Made by a program: the position numbers and the translations under genes. The notes under the pieces were generated by a model that was given only the letters and a program-made list of their open reading frames with translations, ran no database searches and was not told the origin of the DNA. From a virus: a stretch of 64,000 nucleotides of DNA. This document shows, piece by piece, positions 10,361-20,637 of this stretch. Location: positions 41,937 through 105,936 of IMG/VR virus record IMGVR_UViG_3300021560_000014, one strand, 5' to 3'. How positions within the stretch are numbered: the stretch's first letter is position 1; the number at the start of each line of letters is the position of its first letter.

Positions 10361-12181
10361 ATGAGATACCTTGCGGCGATACTAGTCACGATCTGCGTTC
10401 TGCTAAACCCTCACCCAGTCAGGGCTGAGATCGGCGGTGGTGCGGGCATCGGCAATTTCACCGGAGCGGTCGGAGTCACTGGCAACTCGGGCAATGGCAG
10501 CGATCACATCAACAAGGTCTGCCGCGATGGCGTTTGTCCGGTGACCGCGTTTGGGGCAGTCGGCAATGGCACTGCGGATGACACCGCAGCGGTGCAGGCA
10601 ACCTACAATGCGTGCGCCTCGGGCCAGCGGGTCTACTTCCCGCGTGGGAATTACAAGATCACTTCCCAGGTGACGATCCCAACTGCTGCGGGCACTGGCG
10701 TCTGTCCGACGGTCGGCGATGACTGGACCGGCCTGGTGACTGGCTATGGCCAGACCCCCAATGTGCAAGGCTCGGTGATCAACTGTGCCATGACCTCGGG
10801 GACCTGCCTCGATTATGAGCCCCCTGGCGGCTACGGAGCGCCGCTGGTCTTTCGCGGCATCGTGTTCACGGGGCCTGGTACTGGCACGGCGACCTGCTTC
10901 CAGGACGGTAACTCCACTGGCGCGGCGTCGGATAATTTCGGGAAGAAGGAACACGTCGGCTTCGTCAACTGCGCGGTCGGCTACGCCTTCAATGGCGAGG
11001 ACAACGAGCTTGACCATCTGGTGTTCTGGGGCAACAACGTCGGCATGCTGTGGGCGCAGACCACCGCGAATGAGAATACGCTGCCCGCGCTGGAGCTGAA
11101 CGGCAATAACACCGGGATGTCAGTCACCGCGACCAACTACGGCAACCGGATTTTAGGCGGCCTGATACAGTCCAATGGCACTGGCATCTCCATGACCATG
11201 GCCTCCTTCGCGGTGTCGTGGGACATCCGCATCAATGACATGGAGTCCAATACCAACCACGGGATGCAGCTGAAGCTGAAGGACAGCATCGTCAACGTGG
11301 TCCATGGAGGCGTATCGAACTGCAGCACGAACCCCTGCACTGGGGACACGGTCGAGTTCACGGGGACCTTCTCCACGGTGCTGGAGGAGTCGCTGCTGTC
11401 TCAGGGTGCGCTGCAATGCACCGGCTCCCAGCTCCTGATGATCGCGAACTACACCCAGGGGATAGTCAACTCCGGCTGTAACCTCCAGAACTGGGGTGAC
11501 TTTGGCATTCCGGGGCTGAACTTCAGGAACGGTACCGGGAACGTGGTCCCGCCCTGGTACGCGAGCGGCCTCGAACTCTCAAACCTGAGTGCTTCAGCTA
11601 CCAATGCGGTTCGGGCGTTTGGCTCCACTACCGTCTCCGGCGAGTTGGACACGGTGAACGCAGGCGGCGGTCCTGTCGGGGTCTCATACAACGGCAGCTG
11701 TGGCCACGTAGTGATTCAACCGGGCACCTTTACCGCGACCTTTACCGTCCCCACCCCTCAGGCGGCCTGCAATAACACGACCAGCTGTACCCTCAAGGAC
11801 GACGGCGCTACCAACCTGGTGAACACTGGTGCTGGTCAGTCCTGGCTCTCCACTGGCTATGTCGCTTATGGCCAAATCTCGGGGGCCTGTTCCTGGTACG
11901 TGGCGACTGGGCTGCCGATCAATACTGGGTCGAACGCCGCAACCATTGGTTACAGCTGGGGCTCAGCCGGGAACATCATTGGGCAGAGTGGATCGAATGT
12001 GCAGCTGGGCAATTCGACCACCTTCCTCCAGCCGATGAATCCGCTGACCGCCCTGGGCGGCGGCGCTGCGCCGACCCTCGGCACAATCGGTGGCACTGGT
12101 CCGGCGACCGCCGCGCAGAATACGTGGCTGAAGATGACGGATTCCACTGGGGCGAGCTTCTTTCTGCCCGCGTGGAAGTGA
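10361..12181 (+). CDS. Pectate-lyase-like beta-helix tailspike-like protein with signal peptide
   Basis: VTAFGAVGNGTADDTAAVQA...VYFPRGNYKIT is a Pectate_lyase_3-type start; MRYLAAILVTICVLLNPHPVRA signal peptide; C-terminus shared with the upstream gene. Confidence 0.7.
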   Translation: MRYLAAILVTICVLLNPHPVRAEIGGGAGIGNFTGAVGVTGNSGNGSDHINKVCRDGVCPVTAFGAVGNGTADDTAAVQATYNACASGQRVYFPRGNYKITSQVTIPTAAGTGVCPTVGDDWTGLVTGYGQTPNVQGSVINCAMTSGTCLDYEPPGGYGAPLVFRGIVFTGPGTGTATCFQDGNSTGAASDNFGKKEHVGFVNCAVGYAFNGEDNELDHLVFWGNNVGMLWAQTTANENTLPALELNGNNTGMSVTATNYGNRILGGLIQSNGTGISMTMASFAVSWDIRINDMESNTNHGMQLKLKDSIVNVVHGGVSNCSTNPCTGDTVEFTGTFSTVLEESLLSQGALQCTGSQLLMIANYTQGIVNSGCNLQNWGDFGIPGLNFRNGTGNVVPPWYASGLELSNLSASATNAVRAFGSTTVSGELDTVNAGGGPVGVSYNGSCGHVVIQPGTFTATFTVPTPQAACNNTTSCTLKDDGATNLVNTGAGQSWLSTGYVAYGQISGACSWYVATGLPINTGSNAATIGYSWGSAGNIIGQSGSNVQLGNSTTFLQPMNPLTALGGGAAPTLGTIGGTGPATAAQNTWLKMTDSTGASFFLPAWK

Positions 12182-12192
12182 GGAGGGGTCTA

Positions 12193-15100
12193 ATGATTAA
12201 GCGGCTGATAATCGCGGCGGTGCTCCTGCTGTCATTCCATGTGCCAGCTCATGCGCAGTACCAGAACATCCCGAATTACGGCAACAACTGCACCATCCTG
12301 CCCGACCAGCCGGGCAATGCAGGCTATTGTTTTCGCTCCGACGTGAACGGCAACGGCTCGGGCGCGCGGGCGACCTCGCCGCAGCTGGTGCATCTGTATG
12401 CCAATCAGCTGCCAGCGACGGTGGTCAACGGCCAGATGTACTACATCAATGACGGCACGGTCGGCTCGCCCTGCACAGGTGGCGGCACTGGTGCAATCGC
12501 GCAGGGCATCAATGGCGTATGGGTCTGCACCGGATCTGCAGCACCTCCTGTACCGCCGAGCCTGGTCTCGACCACGGTCTGGAATCCCTGGCAAACCTCG
12601 AAGGCGGAGCGGATCGGGACGGGCACCGGCTCGGCTGGACCGTACAACCTTACGCTCGCGCATACTGCGGTGATTGGGGGCCTGGGGGCCGCACAGCCTG
12701 TCACCTTGTATGTCAACGGCGTGGCGCAGGGCACGGACTATTGGGGAGCTGGCCAGATCACGGGCTCGGGCATCTCCGGTACCTCCTGTGGCATTGACTA
12801 CGAGCTGGGGACGCTGAACAACTGCACGTTCACAGCCGTAGTCGGCTCCGGCGTGGCCATAACCATAAGCTATACCTACGCGATGCCGCCCTCGACGCAG
12901 ATCGCCGGGTATGTCGGACAGATGCAGGGCCTTTCCAACGTCACCGCGTGGGGTGCAGTGGGTAGCGGCAACGGCATCGGATGCACCGCGACAGCTGGCA
13001 GCGCGGTGCTGCCGTGTAGCGGAGCGATACCCGCCAACCTCGTGACCAACCGCTACGTCGAGGTCGTCGGGGGCGGCTCGAATGCCGCCTGGAACCCCTG
13101 GGGCACTTACACACCGCCTGCGCCGAACACGGCGGCAATCGTTGCGGGTAGCCAGACCATCACGCTGACAACGTCGGAAGTCGTGCCGAAGGGCGAGCCC
13201 ATCACGATTGCTGGCAATGGCATTGTGGGCGGACCTCTTACCACCTTCACTACAGGCAACTGCAACCCCTGTACTTCGCTCACGATTAACGCACCGCCGC
13301 AGGGCGCGAATGGCACCTATGCCGTGACCTTTGGCCCGACTGTCTCGCCCAAGACGTGGACACGCGTCCCCATTACCTTCCCGCAGTTCTTTGCCCCGAT
13401 CAACACTGCCCAGGGCGCGGGCAACGACTACGGCTCCTATGAGGGATGCACTATCGACGCGGCGGCGAGTCTGCCTGCATTTCAGAATAATCATGCCTAT
13501 GCCGCTGGTGATGTGGTCGGCGCGGCGATCTCGATCACTGACCGTGCAGGACAAAGCAACCCAGCAACGGGTATTTATTATGTGCCAGCCAATGGAGCTG
13601 GTACCTCGGCGACGAGCGGCGCACCGACCTGGCCCACCGTATGGGGCAACGCTGTCCTGACTGGTACAGCGCACCTTTCCCTGGTGGGCCTGGCCGCACC
13701 TTCAACCAATAACACGGCGAACACCGGCTGTGCTCAGGTCTACGGCTATCGCTTCTACCCGGTCGATCATCTCGGGCGTATCGGCACGCCGAGCCCGATC
13801 TACTACACCACCCATCAGCCGGTCATGAATTCGGACGGGCCAGCGGTATTCGGCACTGACAACCGTATCCTCCTCCAGTGGACCGACCCGCCTGACCCCA
13901 TGCTCTACGCCAACATCATCACGCGCTGCAAAGGCTCCGGCTGTACGCCGACGACGACCATCCACGCAATTGTGCCCACGCGCTTCGATAACCTGACCAA
14001 CTGGCTGTGGGACATGACCAACTACGACACGGGCACGAGGGTCGATCCATCGGGGACGCGTCAGATAACCGTCCCGGCGACGCTGCCATCGCCGCAAAAC
14101 GTCAATGGCGTCTATATCGTCACGCAGTCGGGCACCTCGCTGACGCTCTCCGCGCCAATGACGACCTCCGGCCCGGTCTATGTCATGTCGGATGACTGGC
14201 CCGCCGCGCAGGCAGCAGTCCGTTATGGCTGCGCGGTCGAGCGGATCAAGAGCGCGGGCAATCCCTCGGTTTACTTTCCGGCCAGTGCTGGCTGGCTCCT
14301 GGGGCAGCCGCTGCAAATGATTGGCTGCAATGGCCCCCACGTCTATGGCGCGGGCGGCGCGATGGGGACCGGCTCGGGCGCGACGACCATCAACTATATC
14401 GGGCCTCCGGGTGGCGTGGCACTGGATGTCGATATGGCGCGCGACGGTGAATATGACCACATGAACCTGTCGAACAACAGCGGCAACAATGCTGATGTGT
14501 CGCTGCCCGGTTTCTGGATCGATGACGACCGCTATGGCTATTCGGGTGTCACGAACACCGCCAACAATTATCACGACATGAGCTTTGGCGCGGCAGGCGA
14601 TCACGTCATCGACATTTCGCGGGCCAACCCTACGGGTAACGTCGAGAACCACCTGTTCACCAACCTGGAGATGCACTGCCGCTTCGGCCTGACCACCCAG
14701 GGCATGGGCTGGAGCGAGAGCGCCATCAGCATCAACAGCTACCTCTCAGCAGCTGGACAGACCAATCTGGAGAAATTCAAGAATGTGTTCCCGACCTGCT
14801 CCTCAATTGGCTGGGCGTCGTACTTTTCCGGTGAAATCGAAATCGACAACCTGAACGGCTGGGGGAACTCATCGAGCCTCACTCCGCCCAATGGCGTCCC
14901 GTTCATCTTCCTGCTCGGCTCGGCCAAGCAGTTCCTGATAAAGGGCGCATATGACGAGAATGGCGGCAAGCTCGCGGAGATCTACGGGGTCGTGAACATG
15001 CTGTTCCGTATTCAGGACTCCGACTGGATCGGCAACGCGGTGACGCAGCCTGACAGCTCCTTTCCCATCATGATTACCGGCACTGGTAGGGGAGATGGCG

Positions 15101-15678
15101 GCTTCCTCGACCTTGACCACATTGAACTGAACCACACACTGGGCACGCCGATTTATCCGAATTTCGTCTGGGCGAATCTGGTAGGCAGCGCCACCCTCGG
15201 CCAGCCAGTCGGTGCCAGCTACCACAGCTTTTACGCCAACTCGGACCCGTTCGCCTCAGCCCTCATGCCCGCCGTTGGGCAAAACACGGTGCAGGAGCTG
15301 GCCGATGTCGGCAACCTGAGCGTCGCCAATGGCGGCTGGGCATTCGTCTTCGCCAACGCGATGGCAGGCCATTACAACTGCATCGGGCTCGGGCCTCCGG
15401 CGCTTTCAACCGGGGCGCTCAGCATCACGCCGACCTCGACCGACGCCTGCGGCAAGTTCACCGTGGTGAGCACCAATCCGACCACCTCGGCGACCATCAC
15501 GTTTGCCCTACCCTACGGCACGCAGCCGCATTGTTCCTGTTCGGAGGACATCGGCGACGCGACCCAGCAGTTCATCGCCTGCGGCGGGAATGCCGCTGGC
15601 ACCCAGCTGATCGCCAAGGTGCCGACCGACTTCCACAGCGCCAACATCCACTATAGCTGCCAGAGCAATGGCAACTGA
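12193..15678 (+). CDS. Large fibre/tailspike-like protein with signal peptide
   Basis: ATG at 12193 after AGGAGG. MIKRLIIAAVLLLSFHVPAHA-Q signal peptide; NVTAWGAVGSG and DDWPAAQAA...VYFPA beta-helix motifs; N-terminal module shared with the 6268 gene. Confidence 0.6.
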   Translation: MIKRLIIAAVLLLSFHVPAHAQYQNIPNYGNNCTILPDQPGNAGYCFRSDVNGNGSGARATSPQLVHLYANQLPATVVNGQMYYINDGTVGSPCTGGGTGAIAQGINGVWVCTGSAAPPVPPSLVSTTVWNPWQTSKAERIGTGTGSAGPYNLTLAHTAVIGGLGAAQPVTLYVNGVAQGTDYWGAGQITGSGISGTSCGIDYELGTLNNCTFTAVVGSGVAITISYTYAMPPSTQIAGYVGQMQGLSNVTAWGAVGSGNGIGCTATAGSAVLPCSGAIPANLVTNRYVEVVGGGSNAAWNPWGTYTPPAPNTAAIVAGSQTITLTTSEVVPKGEPITIAGNGIVGGPLTTFTTGNCNPCTSLTINAPPQGANGTYAVTFGPTVSPKTWTRVPITFPQFFAPINTAQGAGNDYGSYEGCTIDAAASLPAFQNNHAYAAGDVVGAAISITDRAGQSNPATGIYYVPANGAGTSATSGAPTWPTVWGNAVLTGTAHLSLVGLAAPSTNNTANTGCAQVYGYRFYPVDHLGRIGTPSPIYYTTHQPVMNSDGPAVFGTDNRILLQWTDPPDPMLYANIITRCKGSGCTPTTTIHAIVPTRFDNLTNWLWDMTNYDTGTRVDPSGTRQITVPATLPSPQNVNGVYIVTQSGTSLTLSAPMTTSGPVYVMSDDWPAAQAAVRYGCAVERIKSAGNPSVYFPASAGWLLGQPLQMIGCNGPHVYGAGGAMGTGSGATTINYIGPPGGVALDVDMARDGEYDHMNLSNNSGNNADVSLPGFWIDDDRYGYSGVTNTANNYHDMSFGAAGDHVIDISRANPTGNVENHLFTNLEMHCRFGLTTQGMGWSESAISINSYLSAAGQTNLEKFKNVFPTCSSIGWASYFSGEIEIDNLNGWGNSSSLTPPNGVPFIFLLGSAKQFLIKGAYDENGGKLAEIYGVVNMLFRIQDSDWIGNAVTQPDSSFPIMITGTGRGDGGFLDLDHIELNHTLGTPIYPNFVWANLVGSATLGQPVGASYHSFYANSDPFASALMPAVGQNTVQELADVGNLSVANGGWAFVFANAMAGHYNCIGLGPPALSTGALSITPTSTDACGKFTVVSTNPTTSATITFALPYGTQPHCSCSEDIGDATQQFIACGGNAAGTQLIAKVPTDFHSANIHYSCQSNGN

Positions 15679-15690
15679 GGAGGAGAGCCC

Positions 15691-15900
15691 ATGATTGCCT
15701 GCCTTATCTCGATCCTGATCGTCCTGCTGTTCCTGCTGGTCTTCGAGCAGATCGTCGAGTGGGGCCTGGTCTGGGTCGGCCTTGCCACGCAGCCGCCGAT
15801 AATCAACATCCTGCGGCTGATATTCGTGCTCGTCTTCCTGCTCTACGCTTTCTCCTGCCTGCTGGGCTGGGGAGGATGGACGCCCATTAGACTAAGATAA
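15691..15900 (+). CDS. Small two-TM membrane protein (holin-like candidate)
   Basis: 69 aa, two hydrophobic helices, basic C-terminus, GAGGAG RBS. Confidence 0.45.
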   Translation: MIACLISILIVLLFLLVFEQIVEWGLVWVGLATQPPIINILRLIFVLVFLLYAFSCLLGWGGWTPIRLR

Positions 15901-15901
15901 G

Positions 15902-15979
15902 GGTGGGCAGGAAACGGCACCGCAACCAAGATGTGTACACGGCCTTACCTTTTGGGCGGACCCCCGTTTCCTGCCCACC
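15902..15979. repeat. Inverted pair of the dispersed motif (16-bp perfect arms)
   Basis: GGTGGGCAGGAAACGG (15902-15917) and CCGTTTCCTGCCCACC (15964-15979), with TGTGTACACG in the loop. Confidence 0.9.
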
Positions 15980-15995
15980 ACGTAGAGGTTAATCA

Positions 15996-18014
15996 ATGCT
16001 GACTCCGCAACGTGGCAGTTATTACAATCGTAAATATGGCAGGGTGGTCTGGGCGGCGGGCTACACTGACATGGACTACGCGCGCAACCAGGAGCAGGCG
16101 CTCCTCGCGCTCGAAGGCCAGAATCTGGGCTCGTCGATCTGGAACAACGGCGTGGTCGGCGGCGGGTTGCAGCGGACCATCTCCGGCAACACCGTCACCT
16201 TCACCGATGGCACGATTGTCACCGGGGGCAGGGTATATCAGGTCGGTGGCCAGTCGGTGACATTCAGTCCGCTGGACGATCAGTGCGTCGTCATCGCCCG
16301 GATCACGGTCTCGCAGATTGACAGTACGCTCGACCCGACGCTGGTGGACCCCAATACCGGCGACCCGGTACAGGACCGGCTGGAGGCTGACGTGCAGCTG
16401 ATCGGTGCCAGGCTCGTTGCTGGCAACTGGCCGGGCATCATCGGCGGCGATGTCATCAACGAGGGCTGGGGCGCGTGGCTGGATGCCCGCGACATGCACA
16501 CCACCTGCGGAGTCAATCTGCCCGGTCGCCCGATGGTGCCGGTCAGCTCCTCCGGATTCGGCCCCTACACGATAGTAAGCGGCGACCCGCTGGCGTTCCG
16601 CATGGCTGAGGAGGCGACGCGGGACACCTACGGCATGGGCCGGGGCAACGGAATGCAGCTGCTTCATACCCATGGGGTCGAGACCGCGCTCAGCGTCACC
16701 CCCTCGCTGCAACCCAACACGCTTTATTATGTCTATCTCGACCTGCGTACCAAGTACGGCCAACCCGACCTGACTCCCGACGCCAACGGGTTCTTCGTCT
16801 CGATCAACCGCGCGGCGACCGGTGGGCCGGTGTCAGGAGGGATGACGAATTACTGCGGGACGCTCGGCGGCGATACCCTGCTGGGCGGCTTTAACCGCAC
16901 CACGTTCACCTTCACTTCGGACGGCTCCGCCAGTCCGGTCACGATTACCCTGGGCATTCCAGCCAATGCCCCGACCACGCAGATTTACGTCTCCTATTTC
17001 CTTGTCACCGCCCTGCCGCTGGCCCCCAATGCGCAGACCCGCCGTGATCTCTTCATGTTCGGCACTTCCCAGATGACGCTCTGGCAGCAGCCGCGCACCA
17101 CCCTGCCGGAGATGACGGTTGACACCATCTACACGCAGAAGCGCTACCTGATAGGCGACAAGTTCGGGATCACCTACCCCTACTATTACTGGTATCAGAT
17201 CACCTCCACCCTGGTGATCACCGGCAATCCGATTGACGACTCGGTCATGCGGATTCCGGCCTACACCGGGCAGGGACCGCAGACCTGGCTGCTCGACATT
17301 TCAAAGGCAGGGCCGGTGATCAATGGCCGCGACCAGGCGCTGCCGTTTACGCCCTGGGACGGCCACGGCAACGGGCTGATCGATGTCTTCATGGTGTCGG
17401 CCTCCAACCAGATAGGCTATCCCGCTGCGCCGGGCCTGATGGCGTCCACTAGAGGCAAGATCAAAGGGCCGATCATGCCCTTCCCGTACAATCACTATGC
17501 CTATCTATGCACGCTGATCGTCGATCAGAACGGCCACCTGTATCAGACCACAGTCAGAAACAATCATGCCTGGCTGCAGGGACCGGACAATCCCTACCGC
17601 ATCCTGCTGGCCAGCTCGTACTCGAATACCCCGGCCCCAGTGGTCGGCGGCGTCTATGTGCTGCCGCAGCAGTGCATGGAGTTCACCGCCCAGGGTGAGA
17701 TCAACATCAATAACGATACCGGGGCGGTGCAGTCGGGCTTCATCGACATCATGACGAGTCCCTATGCCACACCCAACGGTGAGTTCGGCTACGTCAAGAG
17801 CTTCGCCTTCTGGGTGCCCAGCACCGCGACCACGGCCAATGGCGGCTTCATGGTGCTGTTCGACGCGCGCATCCCGAACGTGCCGACACCAGCTGCGGCG
17901 TACAATTCATTCTATTATCAGTTCAGGTGGAACGGGGCGGGAATAACAGCCCCCGGAGCGGCAACCATCAGATTCCGGCTGCTCGACTTCACCATGGACA
18001 ACGGCGCAATCTAG
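15996..18014 (+). CDS. Baseplate/tail fibre protein (DUF4815-like N-terminus)
   Basis: N-terminal KYGRVVWAAG...NQEQ...LGSSIWNNG.VVGG and DPTLVDP.TG resemble large-myovirus baseplate/fibre proteins; last gene of the + structural arm. Confidence 0.5.
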   Translation: MLTPQRGSYYNRKYGRVVWAAGYTDMDYARNQEQALLALEGQNLGSSIWNNGVVGGGLQRTISGNTVTFTDGTIVTGGRVYQVGGQSVTFSPLDDQCVVIARITVSQIDSTLDPTLVDPNTGDPVQDRLEADVQLIGARLVAGNWPGIIGGDVINEGWGAWLDARDMHTTCGVNLPGRPMVPVSSSGFGPYTIVSGDPLAFRMAEEATRDTYGMGRGNGMQLLHTHGVETALSVTPSLQPNTLYYVYLDLRTKYGQPDLTPDANGFFVSINRAATGGPVSGGMTNYCGTLGGDTLLGGFNRTTFTFTSDGSASPVTITLGIPANAPTTQIYVSYFLVTALPLAPNAQTRRDLFMFGTSQMTLWQQPRTTLPEMTVDTIYTQKRYLIGDKFGITYPYYYWYQITSTLVITGNPIDDSVMRIPAYTGQGPQTWLLDISKAGPVINGRDQALPFTPWDGHGNGLIDVFMVSASNQIGYPAAPGLMASTRGKIKGPIMPFPYNHYAYLCTLIVDQNGHLYQTTVRNNHAWLQGPDNPYRILLASSYSNTPAPVVGGVYVLPQQCMEFTAQGEININNDTGAVQSGFIDIMTSPYATPNGEFGYVKSFAFWVPSTATTANGGFMVLFDARIPNVPTPAAAYNSFYYQFRWNGAGITAPGAATIRFRLLDFTMDNGAI

Positions 18015-18199
18015 CTCTGTGGTGGGCAGGAAACGGCACCATAGTAACGGGTGCGCTGCTTTGCTGCCAGCTCTTTCCGGTGGGCGCTGCGGTACTTGGC
18101 TTTTTGCAAGCGCAGGCACGTGCGGCACTGGTGGCTGCCGTTGGGGTTGACGTAGACATTGTCCGCCGTCAACGGGTGCTTGCGCTTGCAGACTGCCAT
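18011..18199 (-). CDS. Small Zn-finger protein
   Basis: MAVCKRKHPLTADNVYVNPNGSHQCRTC resembles the Cys/His module often appended to phage HNH proteins. Confidence 0.55.
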   Translation of the reverse strand: MAVCKRKHPLTADNVYVNPNGSHQCRTCLRLQKAKYRSAHRKELAAKQRTRYYGAVSCPPQS

Positions 18200-18471
18200 C
18201 AGCGGTACGCCTTGACCTTGTCGAGCACGGCCCTGGGCAGGTCCTTCTCGGGGAAGAACCGCGCCCGCTTTATGCCGTCCACCCAGTCCACCGACTCGTT
18301 GCACTCGAACTCGGGCCGCACCCGGATGGTCGTGATGGGCAGCCCGTCGTTGTGCATTGGGTAGTATAGTGCCATAGGCAGGCCGTTGAACTCGCCATTG
18401 CCGGTGAAGGTGGCCTGCCCGATGAATAGATATCTATTGAGTTTGTAGTGGATATATACTCCAGGTTGCAT
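18199..18471 (-). CDS. DUF1653-like protein
   Basis: PGVYIHYKLNRYLFIGQA...MALY..RVRP pattern. Confidence 0.55.
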   Translation of the reverse strand: MQPGVYIHYKLNRYLFIGQATFTGNGEFNGLPMALYYPMHNDGLPITTIRVRPEFECNESVDWVDGIKRARFFPEKDLPRAVLDKVKAYR

Positions 18472-18622
18472 TATTCGACTCTTCCTTTGGTATTTAGTCC
18501 GTTCTTCTTGGCCAGCTCGATGAAGTCGCGAAGGATCTGATAAGCCTGTTTGCTGCTTGGCACATCAGCCGCGACGTATTCGTCGGTCGGGTCCTCGGCA
18601 GGATAAAGAATTACTTTGGGCA

Positions 18623-19141
18623 TCACTCTTTCACCTGTCCCAATTTCCCCAGCTGCTGCTTCCAGGCGTTGCGGCCCGCCCACTTATGCACGACGCACAG
18701 CATGGAAGGGAAGCCCGGCGACCGCTGGCTCCGCTCGGGGTCAGGGTGGACGTACCTGATGCGCTTGTCGAAGAACAGCACCATGCGCGAGTGTGCCAGG
18801 ATGAACTGCCCCCAATTCGTCTCCGTCCTGACCGGCAGCAGCACCGTGACCACGGGCCGCGACTCGTGCTGGGCCTCGATCACCACCTTGATCATCCAGT
18901 CATAGAGGCCATCGCCGAACGGCGGGTTGAGCCAGATTGCGCGGGCGGGCTGCCAGGGCACCATTAGCGCATTGGTTTCCTCGTCGATATAGCGCTCGCA
19001 GAGGGCGTCCTCGCTGTCGGCGGCGGCGTCGAGGTCATAATGGAAGATGCCGTCGAGCCGGATGAACAGCTCACGCGGCGTCCGCCACTTGCCGTCGCCG
19101 GTCGAAAACAGCCCCTTCAGTTCAGCCTTCGACAAGCTCAT
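18623..19141 (-). CDS. Phage DNA N6-adenine methyltransferase (Dam family)
   Basis: WRTPRELF, LDAAA, IWLNPPF catalytic motif IV, LLPVRTET.W. Confidence 0.88.
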   Translation of the reverse strand: MSLSKAELKGLFSTGDGKWRTPRELFIRLDGIFHYDLDAAADSEDALCERYIDEETNALMVPWQPARAIWLNPPFGDGLYDWMIKVVIEAQHESRPVVTVLLPVRTETNWGQFILAHSRMVLFFDKRIRYVHPDPERSQRSPGFPSMLCVVHKWAGRNAWKQQLGKLGQVKE

Positions 19142-19344
19142 GCCACCACCTCGTGAAGCTGCCATCGAGCGTGTAATCCACGATCAGTTTCATGCCGCCC
19201 AGGGGCGTGGCCTTGACGATGTGGTGCAGGCAGAGGTCCTGCTCGCGGTCGTCGGGATAGCAGAAGCAGCCCTTGTCCAGCGCAAAGCGGGCGACCGCCT
19301 CGCCATCCGTAAACCTGCATTGCGGCCCCGTTTCCTGCCCACCA

Positions 19345-20637
19345 TTACTTTTTGTGCCATCCATAGGGGTCTTCCTCATCGACTTCGGGCGACTCGATTG
19401 ACAGCTCATCCTTGCTCAGCGTGATCGCGCGGGCGTCTTCCTTCCAGATGAAGACCGGGTTGATCACGGTGCCGCCGTCGCTGCCGACACGGACTTCGAC
19501 CTGTCCGGCCTTCTCCAGGGTGGCGCGGACTTCGTCCATGCGCTCGGCGGTGATGTCGAGGTGCTTGATCAGGTGGTCCGTCCGCATCTTCTTCACCCGT
19601 CGCAGGATGGCCCGCGCCCGGTGAACGGCCTCGGTCTCAGGCGTCGCTCCGGCGAATACTACCAGCTCGGACAGCCGGTTCATCAGGCCCCGGCTGAGCC
19701 GGGCGGCATGCGCGAAGTCGTCGCTGGTGATGACCTTGCGCTGGTCGGCCAGCGCCAAGTCAGTGCCCAGCTTCAGGATGAAGTCGTGTTCACGCTTCCA
19801 GCTGGGCGTTAGCGGGTCGTCGGGGTCCGGCGCTTCACGGCTGTAATACCAGTGTTCCATTGCATCCCGCGCCTGATTGGAGAGCTTCATCTCCACGTCG
19901 CGGAGCTGGGTCAGTTCGAGCAGCCGCTGGCGTAGATGATTCAGCACCTCGTCATGGTCGGGCGGCCTGGTCGGCTCGAAGTTGCGCTTGTTGAGGTTGT
20001 AGTCGCCCATCACGCAAACGCACCTTGCCAGGAAGCCGCCGTACAGGCTGGCCCTCGATATGGAGTCGAGCATCCACTCCTTGGTGCTGCCGCAGAGCCA
20101 GTTGACGCAGGGCATCGGCATCGAATGCTCGCCGCTCATGCGGGTGCCCTCGTCGATGATCTCCTCGGGACTACCGGAGTAGAGCCCGGTCATCAGCTTG
20201 ACGAAGTCGTCGGCCCTTGGCCCGGTGCCTATCGCCATGCTTAGTTCGGGCATGATGACGAACAGCTTCGACCAGCTGTAGGTCTTCGGCGCATCCCGGC
20301 TGGTGCTCTTGTCGGGCCGGGTCATCAGGTCGAGCAGCGACTTCGAGGATCGCATGGTGTGAATCCAGTGCAGCGGCTTCACCCGTCGGCCAATCTTGCC
20401 GACCGAGTTGATGGCCTCGCCCTTGCCCAGGCCCGAGGGTCCGATCAGGAAGACATACAGGTTCGGGAACAGCTGGTTGCCCATCTTCCTGACCCATACG
20501 TTGTTCTGCACGCTCGCGGAAATCAGCGAGATGCAGCTCCAGAACAGGAACTCCTCGGGCACCTCGATCTCGCCGGACATGCTGATGTGCCGGTACAGCT
20601 CGATGAAGTTACGTGTGGAATCCAGTTTGCTGCTCAT
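19345..20637 (-). CDS. DUF3987-like P-loop protein (primase-associated helicase-type)
   Basis: PNLYVFLIGPSGLGKGEAI P-loop, GGFLARC; adjacent to the DNA polymerase. Confidence 0.7.
   Translation of the reverse strand: MSSKLDSTRNFIELYRHISMSGEIEVPEEFLFWSCISLISASVQNNVWVRKMGNQLFPNLYVFLIGPSGLGKGEAINSVGKIGRRVKPLHWIHTMRSSKSLLDLMTRPDKSTSRDAPKTYSWSKLFVIMPELSMAIGTGPRADDFVKLMTGLYSGSPEEIIDEGTRMSGEHSMPMPCVNWLCGSTKEWMLDSISRASLYGGFLARCVCVMGDYNLNKRNFEPTRPPDHDEVLNHLRQRLLELTQLRDVEMKLSNQARDAMEHWYYSREAPDPDDPLTPSWKREHDFILKLGTDLALADQRKVITSDDFAHAARLSRGLMNRLSELVVFAGATPETEAVHRARAILRRVKKMRTDHLIKHLDITAERMDEVRATLEKAGQVEVRVGSDGGTVINPVFIWKEDARAITLSKDELSIESPEVDEEDPYGWHKK

Noticed and set aside
6268-18014. Diversity-generating retroelement or invertible tail-fibre cassette
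   Set aside because: No reverse transcriptase or invertase in the window. The shared C-terminal module of the fibre genes differs at many synonymous positions rather than specifically at adenines.
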